64,000 nt of DNA from Chiloscyllium plagiosum (lineage: Eukaryota), in the NCBI RefSeq assembly GCF_004010195.1, contig NC_057749.1:23542999-23606998 (forward strand), given 5' to 3'. Made by a program: the position numbers and the translations under genes. The notes under the pieces are model-generated. The model had not been told where the DNA came from, ran no database searches, and saw only the letters and a program-made list of their open reading frames with translations. Positions 28,401 through 40,400 of the stretch are shown here, piece after piece; within the stretch, counting starts at the first letter, position 1, and each line of letters starts with the position of its first letter.

Positions 28401-31400
28401 CATCATGCTGCTGAGGTAGAACAATAATTGCTTACCTTTAGCATTTGTTCAGTGTTGTTGTAATTACTTTTAAAATGTGGTCCATTTTTATCAGCCTGCA
28501 AAACAATATTTTTACAAGTTAATTCCACTTCAGTACTGACATAATGAACAGCAAATACTGATTATTATCCTTCCTTAAGGTAATGATAAAGACTTGCAGT
28601 AACATAGCCTTTTTCACAAACATCAGACTTCCAACAAGAGCTTCAGCCCATGAAGTAGCTATTGCCACTTTTGTAAATAATGTTGGATATAATTTACAAC
28701 TCCTACAAACAGCAATGTGATAATGATCCAAACTGCTGTTGTTGGTGTTTGAGGCAGGACATTGGCCTGAACTCCCCTCTTCTTCTTCCAAATAGTGGAA
28801 TGGAATTTTGCTCATTCATGGAAGTTGGCAGGTGGGACTTTGGCTTAACTTTTCAATAAGAAGTCAGCACCCCCGACAAAGTACCACTCCATCAGTAGTG
28901 CACACAAGTGTCAAGCTTTCATTAGGGGCAGCACAGTGGCTCAGTAGTTAGTACTGCTGCCTCACAGCACCAGAGACCCAGGTTCGATTCCAGTCTTAGG
29001 TGACTGTCTGTGTGAAGTTTGCACGTTCTCCCCATGTCTGTGTGGGTTTACTCCTACAATCCAAAGATGTTCAGGTTAGGTGGATTGGCCATGGTAAATT
29101 GCCCCATAGTGTTCAGGGATGTGTAGGTTAAGTGCATTAAGTCAGGGGTAATGTAAAATAATGGGTTAGGGGCATGGGTCTGGCTGGGTTACTCTTCAGA
29201 GGGTCATTGTGGACTTGATGGGCCTAACGGCCTTATTTTCACATTGTGGGGATTCGATGAGGATTTTAATTACAAAATCAGAAGTTGTTGGAAAAGCTCA
29301 GGTCTGGTAGCATCCGTGGCGAGAAACTAGAGTTAACATTTCAGGTCCAGTCACCCTCAGAACTGACTGACTTCTCTCCACAGATGCTGCCAGACCTGTT
29401 GAGACAGTCCAGCAATTTCTAATTTTGCTTCTAATTTATAGCATCTGCGGTTCTTTCAGTTTTTACTTTGTCATGCTTTGATTTTGGTTTTCAGCCTTAA
29501 ACCCAGAACCTTGTCATTCAGGTTAGAATGCCACAAAATGAGCTACAACCGATAGCACGTATAAAGAAAATACTTCTAACTCATTGGAACCATTGTTATC
29601 TATGTTTTATCTTTAGGATATATTTAGAGAAACCTTAATGTATTCCACTTTCAGAAGATCGGAACCTGGCGTATCTGCACAGCTTATCAAGTCTAACTTC
29701 TGATTTTGGGCATCTGGAAAACACAAAGTCATGAAATCCAGTTTTAGCACATCTCGCTCAAAGATGTCTCAGGATTAAAGCATCAGTGATTGATGTAATA
29801 GAAAGCTGTGGGTGCTTATCCAAAACCTCCAAAACCACATGTTTTCTCACCAATTAAACCACATGTGAAATTCATCTAATATTGGTTCTTAACAGGTCCC
29901 AAATCAATCAGAGTAGTTTTTTCAACATCATGATTTCCATCTTACTTCCTCACTTTAGTTTGTTAAAAACATTACAAGTTACCAACTTGGAGAAAAAATT
30001 AAATGCTAGAACTGCCCACAAAATAATGATGGCAAAAGATAGCACTCTCTCCAACAAGTGCAGGTTAAACTCAGTTCCACAGCCGGAAACATCATTTGGG
30101 CTTTGGGAATTCCAGACCTCTTAGCACGGAATACATTGCAGAGCTTGTGATTTTGAAAGTTTTCCAACACAACTAGAGAAGCTAGAGCACACCACAATTC
30201 ACATTATGGAACAGCTAAACAGAATTGCTCAGCATTATCAGGATGACAACAGGGATGAGGAACTTCGAAGCAGATACCAACAGTTTTTGAACTTTAAACA
30301 AGTCAAGATGTCTGGGGACTCTGCAGGGAAAGTGTGGTTAAAGTCAAAAGATCAGTTACGATCACATTGAATCGGGAAGTGGTTATGAAGGGCTGATTGG
30401 CCCACTCCTGCTCAGATTTCTTCCATCAATTATGTGGAAACATTTGAGATATTAAAACGGTTGCTGGAAGGCCATTATGATCCCATTCATGATCATGACT
30501 TATTATTTTGCAATATAGAAGTCAGGGTGGGAAACCACTGAACATATTCATACAATGTACTTTGAACAAAAGAAGACAAGTTTATTGCAAAAAGAAGAAA
30601 GAAAGAGCTTGACAAGTTGGGAAGATCAAATCATAAACAAGGAAAAAATAGATTAAGACTTCTTTCCCAGCAATATCCTTGACAGATACTCCACCTCAGT
30701 GAAGTAATACTCCTGTATTCATTCTCTAAATTCTTAGACAACTGATGAGGTTGCAAGCATTTCCTTTCAGCAAATTTCTGCCATTTCCTGAATGCGATTC
30801 TCCCTATTACTCTCAGAGACACATTGAGAAAAATCAATGAGTTAGCCTACATCAATGAGTTCTGAGAAAAACATTAGAGCTTTTTCCAGTTACTTATAAG
30901 CAGTTAAAACAGCGAAGCAGCACAACTGCTGGTGTGAATCTTTTCTTTTGAACTAAACCTGATCCTGTCCTTTTTCTTTCTATGGGTCATAAAATCTCAA
31001 CTGAGTAAACATGACTTGGAGATGCCGGAGTTGGACTGGGGTGTACAAAGTTAAAAATCACACACCACCAGGTTATAGTCCAACAGGTTTAATTAGAAGC
31101 ACTAGCTTTCGGACCACCACTTACTCATCAGGTGGTTGTCCACAACCACCTGATGAAGGAGTTGCGCTCCAAAAGCTAGTGTACTTCCAATTAAACCTGT
31201 TGAACTACAACCTGGTGCTGAGTGATTTTCAACTGAGGAAACATTTCAACAACTCCTTCACCAGACATTTACCCAAGTGCTTTGTTGAAAAGCTGCTTTG
31301 ACCCAATGCTTACAAAAGTTTCTGGTCTTGAAATAAAGACACTTCCACAAAATTAAAAACCAAGCACCCATTTATCTCTACTTTAGAACTGAAGTTTGCA

Positions 31401-34400
31401 AATAAAAATAATAAGTTAGTGACTTACAGCACACCTTGTTGGGGTAGTCAATTGTGTGCTTCCTCTGGCAAGAAAATCAGTAACCAGAGGTAACAAATTT
31501 AAAGTACCTTGCAATACCTGGGGAGACTAGCACTATTTCGTTCATGTAGAGGGATTTGATGAGGAACATGCTACTTGAAATGGAGGTGGAATCAACTTTA
31601 AGACCTGAAGAATACTAACTTGCAAAGTTATGGAGAAAAGTTGGAGTGGGAATCTAAATTAGGCAACTCCTTTAAACAGTCAGCAAGGACACAATGGTTT
31701 GAATGGTTTCCATTCATGCTGTAAGATTCTGTAATTGTTTAAATGGAAGGAGTTAGAGCATGTCACAAGTATACATAATACACTTGACAACTGTACCAAC
31801 TCGTTTTCTCTCTCAACATTTTCAACCTACATTATATGCCCCCATAATCACCAAGCAAAATAGCAGTGATTGGAACCAGGTGGATCTTATTGACTGTGAG
31901 TTCCCTGATTGGGGTTAATGTGGGCCATTCATGGAGCCCCAGATGACAGATATAAATTGGGGACTCAGAGTGTCTCCTCATTTCAGGAATGACTCCGAGG
32001 TGGCTAGTCACAGCCAGAGTACATTGCATGTGTAAATAAAGTCAGAAGTCACATGACACCAGGTTATAGATCAACAGGTTTATTTGAAATCATAAGTTTT
32101 TTAAGCCCTGCCCCTTTGTCAGGTGGCTATAACCTGGTGCCATGTAACTTCTGACCTTGCCCACTCCAGTCCAACACTAGCACCACCACACCACAAATAA
32201 AGTATGACTTGGTGGTGGGATACTGGCCTCTCTGTAGTTATTTCAATAAATGTTAAGCGAACTACATACATTACACAATATTTAGAGAGACCTGGCTGTA
32301 TCAGTCAAGAGGGCGAAAGTGAGGACTGCAGATGCTGGAGATTAGAGTGGAGAGTGTGGTGCTGGAAAAGCGCAGGTCAGGCAGCATTCGAGGAGCAGGA
32401 AAATTGATGCTGTTTCGGGCAAAAGCCCAAGACATTTTACCCGAAAAGTCGATTTTCCTGCTCCTCGGATGCTGCCTGACTTGCTGCGCTTTTCCAGTGC
32501 CACACTCTCAGCCCTGCATTACTCAAGAACCTCACAAAAGAGCCATAAAAGGATCTTCGGGTTTTCCTTCCTCTTACTATACACACCTCAAGGCTAATTA
32601 ACAATCCCACACCAATTCAGCCTCGGCAAGGCAAAAACTAAACAAAACCATTGCTGTCACTTGGCACTATAAATTACCAATTTCAACAACAGTATGCTAT
32701 CCTGTGTTATAATAAAACACACACTAAACTATGAACTATTTGATGCTTACGTATTTGAATTCCAACAACTTAGGAACATACAGATGTTCAGAAAAGGTTT
32801 TCAAATCTAAGATTAAAGTTGAATTAATTTTGACATTACTACGAAGGTATAAAAAGCTTGTTCAAAGTGGCTATAGTTATTAGGTTCTCCAAAGAAAAGG
32901 AATTTTTCCAAAAATCAGAATTGTGTAGTTCATTGATTTTTTTTTTTAGTAACATTGCTGATACGAAGGTTGAGATTCTGTTTGTGAAATATATTTATTG
33001 CCTTTTTTAAAACGATCTCAATTTATCATTTGGGGGAGTTTTAAGAGGTAAATACTCACCAGAAAATTCACAATAATTTAAGGTGATTTTCTTCAAATAT
33101 GATGTAGATGTCAAATCAAATGTTCTGATGTTCACTTCAGTCCCCAACTGTGACACACTAAAAACAAGCAATGGCTTCTCCTGGTCTTCTTGCCTTGTCA
33201 GTTCAACGACTACCTACAAGATACCAAAACGTAACTCAACGTAACTCAACATAACAATGCAACAAAATGTGCTCGCTTGCTCGAAGTACATATTCCAATC
33301 TACATGCAGTTTTGACCACCTTGCTAGCAACATATAGGTCAAAGAGCCATAAATCTTTCACATTCAAGATGCAAGTTTGACTTTTAATGCAAATTTCAAG
33401 TCACTTACCATTTCACGATGTCCCTGTGATTGATGGGGAGCTGCTGAAAAGAGGCAAAAGTGCCTTTTTCTTGATTACAATCTACAATAATTAAAACTGG
33501 CTGAAAGGGTATTAGAGGTGAGATGTAAGTAATGCGTCTTTCGCTGAAGTCTGTGACAATTCTTTTCATAAATACTTTTATTATGATTGAATTTTTTTAT
33601 CAAAAATAAAATTACTTTAAAATAGAAGAACAATCTTGCAATATAACAACAATAAAATGTAAACAAACTACTACTCTACTCCACAAACAATTTAGGAACA
33701 AAAGAAATGAAAACTCCACACAAACTACAATTCAATAAATAACTAAATCAAAACATAAAGCAACTAAATTAAACGGAGTTGAAATAAGGCAAATTACATT
33801 AAACTATGTTAAGTTGCAACACTCAGCACAATCCCAAAACTCCCCATCAGCAGGAGCATCAGTTGGCATACCCATATTTGTTCAGAATTCTTCCTCCCAG
33901 GGGCCCCTGCCAGACACAGCCTTCATGGCCACACAAAAGCCCTGACCAATAAGTCTGCATTTTATGGTTCAAAAAGGGCTGCCACGTCCTATTAAAAAAG
34001 TTCTGTTTTCTGGTGCACCATACTTGTAAGGAAGTCCAGGAGGACATGCTCCATAACTAACCTGCGCCATCCCGAGTCCTGGGGGATTTTTCCACACCCA
34101 GCCCATCCGAATGTTCTTCCTCGCCAAAATGAAAGAATATTAAACAATGTCTTCCCATGCGCGCCCCAAGAGGGGAGATTCGGCAAACCCAAGAGGAAGG
34201 ACACCAGATCTATCTTGACCTCCGTTCCCATGACCCCTTCCAAAACACTCGTTATAGTGCCCCAATATCTACGAAGCTTGTGGCATGATCACAAGCAATG
34301 AATAAGAGTACCAACATCTACTTTACATTTGAGGGTGACATAATTCTTAATCACACCAAAAATAAAGGTGACCCAGAGTGTGGGATCACTGTATTCTTGG

Positions 34401-37400
34401 TCTTGATCATACATCCTGGAAGATTTTGAGAACTACAAACCTTCTTTCAATACTGACTACGATTATTTTCAAAACAATACCTATAAGCTTTATCTGAGCA
34501 TACAAACATGGAATGGTGCATGGAACAAGAGAAACCAGAATTATTCTGTAGAAATGCTTTAAAACAAAGAGCCACATACCAAGAACAGCGTCCACTACTT
34601 GAACCACAATTAGAAGCATGACCAGTAATAGTCAAGCCATCTGATCCAGATCAGCCATAATTTAATTGACAAAGATGCAATACTGATACAAAAACAAATT
34701 CAAATGAGCTCAATGCTAACATACAAAAAATGTTTTATAAACAAAATCACAAGTTGCCGGAAAAGCTCAGCAGGTCTGGAAGCATCTGCAAAGAGAAATC
34801 AGAGTTAACTGATTCCTCAGAACTGATGGTAGCTATGAAAATATCGAGTCATATGCATAAGATGGGGTGGGGGCATGGGATAAGGAGTAAATGATAGGTG
34901 AGGAAAGAGCCCAAAGACAGGGAAGAATAATTGGACAGACAAAGGAGCGAATAGTGATCTGGCTAGAAAGATGAATAGTTGTTAATAGATACTATTAGCA
35001 GCTAACAATAGGTAGTGCATAATGGCAGACGATGTGATAACCTGGAGTGTGGAGTTGGGGGGCCCCCCCAAGTTGAAAGTGAGACGCTGTTGTTCTTTCC
35101 GGCTGCACTGAGCTTCGCTGGAGCACTGCAGCAAGCCTGAGACACAGATATCAGCCAGGGTACAGGGTGGGGTGTAAAAGTGGCAGGCAACTGGAAGCTC
35201 AGGGTCTTTTCTGCAGACAGAACGTAGATATCCTCGGTCCCCACTTGGGACCTGCAGCCCTCTAGACTCCCTATCGAGTTCAATAATTTTAGGGCCTGAA
35301 CTCTTCCATGTTCATGCCCCCAACCCCACACACCAGACGTTATCATCATATAGTCGGTTATTACACACAACCCATTGTTAGCCACTAACAGTCCCCCTTT
35401 AGAGCTATTTCACCCTTCTAACCAGTTCGTTATCCACTCCTTTGTCTGTCAAACCGCTCTTCTCTCTCTTTGGGCTTTATAATCACTTTTCATTTACTCT
35501 TGAACCATATCTTCTGCATTTAAACTGATATGTTCTTAGCCAACATCAGTTCTGAGGAAGAGTCACTTGATCCAAAATGTTAACTCAGGTTTCTCTTCAT
35601 AGATGCTGTCAGACCCACTCAGCTTTTCCAGCAACTTAGGTTTTCGTTTCTGTTTTACACCATCTGCAGTTCTTTGAATTCTTAGAAAATGTTTGATACC
35701 TCTTTCACTTCGAACTTCAGCTGGAGATCTGTCAGTTCCTCACAGACACTCTCAAGGTCCTCTTGCTGAACATGATAGGGCTGTGCATCGCCAGCTGCCA
35801 TTACAAGTTCACTTGGCAAGTCAGCTTCTTCCTTTGCATCACAGAACTCTGCTTCAGATTCCAGTGAACCTAAGAAACAAGATTGCATATTAGTTGAAAG
35901 GAAACAAGAAACCATGACCATTTCGAAGCAGTAGTACTCAAATTATTCCAGACATAAAACATTTGCAGGCAATAAGCAAAACAAAACAACCCACCTCCAA
36001 GACCAAGCAGAATCTTGATGAAATCAGACAGCCGTACAGCTGCAAGTTCAGAATCCGCAAATCCATCGCTGGTCTTGTAATAGTTTCTTAACCAAAAGTA
36101 ACAAACTGATGTGGACATCAGGTAGAAATTAATTAAAATTAAATATTAAATTGATAGTTAGAAGTCTAATATAACTGGTAAATCGCAAAAGCAATTGTGC
36201 ACAAATGCACAAAGCCCTTCTTGTCAGTCTGAGATTTGAGCCAAACGGAAAAGTATGGCTAATACTAACTCTGGCAAAAGTTCCTTCCACCTGAAGTAAA
36301 TTGTTGCACCATCTCACAAGCTGCATCAACCAAAACAGCAAGGGAAATGGGTGCATGAGGGCACATGTTCCAAGTTCACCTCCATGCCCCGACTCCAAAA
36401 TAAATCCATGTTCCTTCATAATCTCAGTCAAAATCCTGAAATTTCCTACCCAACAGCACTGTAGTAACACCTTCACCACTCAAGACTGCAGTATTTCGAA
36501 AGGTCTACCACCACCTCAAAAGACAGTAGGCATGGTCAATAAAAGACAGCACAGGGAGCAATATTCACATTCCAACAACAAATTCAAAAATCAAGTCATT
36601 TCGTTTCAGCTGTGCGCTTTCCATGACCGACAACAACAACACTGGCCAGTGATACACAAGTCTGACATTTCCATGTACTATATCCAATGAAAAGGACACA
36701 AACTTCTGACCAAAGTTTATCATACTGCAAAAGACTCATCTCCAACATTAGCTGTGCTGAAGCACAAATCACATGACACTTCCCTACAGGTTAGTGAAGA
36801 ATAACGAAAGTGCAGAACCCCAGTATCTTTTCCCAAGCGCAAGTAGGTGAAAGCGCAAAAGGTTGTCTGCTCATTGCCTTGGCCAAACATGGAGGTGATG
36901 AATGGAAGTTAAACCTAGTTCGACAAATATAAAATAGCTGTTCCAACTTATTAAAAGGAAGGCAGCAAGATGGAGCACAGTTATTCAAATCGCACTGGGA
37001 AGAAAAATCATGATTTTAGAAATGTTTCACAAGGTAATGCGAAAAACACTCAAAATTCAACAGGACAAGATTCACTGACACTGAAGATCTAGGAGAATTT
37101 AGAACAGAAATGCAAGAATTTTGAGAAGATTTGTAGCTCAGGTTGAAGTTCTGGATGGAAATTTGCTCACTGAGCTGAAAGGTTCGTTTTCAGACATTTC
37201 GGCACCATGCTAGGTAACATCTTCAGTGAGCCTCCGGTGAAACACTGGTGTTAGTGACTTGCCTTCTATTTATGTGTTTAGGTTTCCTTGGGTTCACCCC
37301 AGGAAATGGCATTATCCACCCAAGGAAACCTAAATACAAACTGAAAGCGGATTACGAACACAAGTGCTTCACCGGAGGCTCACTGATGATTTTGCAGAGT

Positions 37401-40400
37401 ATGGTAATGAAACGTCTCAAAACAAACCTTCCAGCTCAGCAAGCAAACCTACATCCAGAATGCAAGAAATATAAGTGGACAACAGGGCCATTCCAGCACA
37501 CAATCATTAGATTAGATTAGATTAGATTAGATTAGATTGCACCCGGAGGAAACCCACGCAGACACGGGGAGAACGTGCAAACTCCACACAGTCAGTCGCC
37601 TGAGTCGGGAATTGAACCCGGGTCTCTGGCGCTGTGAGGCAGCAGTGCTAACCACTGTGCCACCGTGCCGCCCACTGCCATCGTGCCGCCCACTGATCAT
37701 TAGTTGATCAGTGACCCAAATTTTACTTCCTGAATTATCCACATAGTCCAAACATGCTTGACAACTGAGTATTCACAGTTCTTTGAAATACTCAGATCCT
37801 CAGAAAATCTTAGGTGACTTGACATACAAGAGGCTGAAAGTGCTAACCACTGTGCCACCGTGCCGCCCACTAGTTGATTAGTTGATCAGTGACCCAAATT
37901 TTACTTCCTGAATTATCCACATAGTTCAAACATGCTTGACAACTGAGTATTCACAGTTCTTTGAAATACTCAGATCCTCAGAAAATCTTAGGTGACTTGA
38001 CATACAAGAGGCTGAAAACATGTTTCGCCATGTTGGACAGTCTAGAACTAGGGGACTCAATTTGACAGTAAGATGGAGATGAGGAAATTTCTGAGGGCCA
38101 TGAGTCTATGGAATTCTCTTCCCTGAAGGCTGGGTCACTGACTATTAAGGCAGGAAAGCAGCATCGGGCGGCAGAGTGGCCTTCTCCTGCTCCTAACTCG
38201 TTAGCTCAATTTCAGAATTCAAAAATTCTCAACCTCTAACTGAAGAAATTTCCCATTTTCATCCAAAATAGCTGGCCCTTTATCTTGAGCCTTTTTTCCC
38301 CGTAGTTTTAGACACTCCTGTCAGGGGAACTAGCCTTAGTAGTGAACCCTTCTCAGAATTTTATACATTTCGATGTGATTACCTCTCATTTTTCTAAACC
38401 TCAGGGAACAAAGGACCATTCTACTCATTTAATCTCTTCTCATAGCTCAACTATTACATTCCAGGAATCAATCAAATGAACCATTTTTCTTTCTACCTGC
38501 TTTACGGCAAATACTCACTTCCTGAAATAGAGACTAAAACAGTATAAAATGTCTTGGGTGCATTTGCATGAAAGCTCTACATAATTACAGCAAGATTTCA
38601 TTACTCTTGTACTCCAATCCCACTTCAATCAAATCTTTCCTAACTGCAGGTTGTACCATAAGGTTAACTTTGTTTCAAGTGCCAGAACACCCACTGCTCT
38701 CATTACCAAAATATAATAGCTTCTTGCCATTTAAAAAATACTCAATTCTCACATTATACCTACCAAGATGAATAAATATCTTCACATGTCCCCACATTAT
38801 TCCCTTTTCTTTTGCAGATTCTACACTTCTCCTCACAGTTTACTTTCTCACCTAACTTTGTATCATCAGAAAGTTGGGACACATTACATTTGGCCCCTTG
38901 ATCAGTTATTGATAAAGATTGTACATAATTTCACTGCTCACAGTCTGCTGATGTCAAAGTGACCCATTTGATTGTACATTGTCCATTAGCCAACTCTCAA
39001 TGACACTAACACATTACACCTCACCCGACGAATCATCAGCTTGCACGTTTCGCTTTTGTCCACACAGCTTCAACGAACTTTTATAGATTTGTCAAACATG
39101 ACTTTCCCCTCCTAAAAGGATGCTGATTCTGGGCAATCATAAGTGATCTGATCCATTCTTATGGATTCCATCAATTTCAAGAGGACTAATGCCAGGCTAA
39201 ATTGTCTCTCTCTCCCTTCTTTTCCTGAATAACATTATCGCATTAGGAAGGGAGATTCGGGTGAAAAGACATGTAGGGGTGATGTCGAGAAGCATTTCTT
39301 CGTACAGAGAACATCAGAAATGTAGAACTCTTTCTCTCTCTCACCCTGCCCTCATAAAACCCTGAAGCTAGGTCAATTGAAAAATTCAAAACCAATACTG
39401 CCATTACATTAGTCATAGAGATATACAGCATGGAAATAGACCCTTCGATCCAACTCATCCATGCCGACCAGACATCCTCAATAAATCTAGTCCCATTTGT
39501 CAGCACTTCACTCATATCCCTCGAAACCTTTCCTATTCATACACCCATCCTGATGCTTTTTAAATATCAACAGCTTATAAAACAGTAACTACTGCTCCTA
39601 GAATGAGGAAATCAGCTCCAACACTGAAAATATCTCAAAAAAAGGAGCAGCTCTTACAGCCACAATTTTTTCCCATCCTCCATTTTAGATTACAAATTTA
39701 GTGAAGATATTAAACAGTGAAGATGACAGAAACAATATGGTAAAAAGGAATTAAATTGCAAATCAACTATTACTCCAATTAAAGATCAAAGACTCCAGAT
39801 GTTCAATCACTTCTTCCTATTCTTATATTGCCATCATCAATCCATGACATTAGTGCAAGTGAAGCTGTAAAATGACAGTGTAATATTACTTCAGGAAAAA
39901 GGTTTATAATGTTACACAAATAAGTCTGAAGAGAGGGAGGAATTCAGATAAAAATAGCCACAAAACTGACAGAGAGTGGGGAAAGAAAACATGTAAATAA
40001 GCTAGGACGTGTCAAATACAGATTTTAATCAGAATGTAAAATGGGACTACAGCATTGAAGGCAAAAGTGGATCATATAAAGTAAGGGACAGGAGGAAATT
40101 ATAATGAAGAATAAGGACATGGCAGAGTTATTAAACAAATACTTTGCATCTTTCTTCAAGGTTGAAGACAAAGAGCATTCTGGAAATAGTAGGGAACAAA
40201 GGAAAAACATGGACAAAATAAATTCATCTTGCATTGGACACTGCAGTGCAGCGCACTCAAAACAATTAGTAATAGCTTGATAGGCTGAAAAGTTTTTATT
40301 CTCGCTCATGTTTAAACATTCTTAAGCTTCTGAACTAGGCTGACATTTTCCAGCCCAAAAGATGCAATAAACTATTATAAAGAGGTCTCTTTGAAATTTG

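Noticed and set aside
33269..33300. GTGCTCGCTT resembling the U6 snRNA 5' end
   Set aside because: Only about 10 nt match before similarity breaks down; no ACAGAGA box follows.
37507..37538. Short repeats suggesting a CRISPR-like or telomeric array
   Set aside because: Simple (ATTAG)n retroposon tail; no spacers; eukaryotic context.
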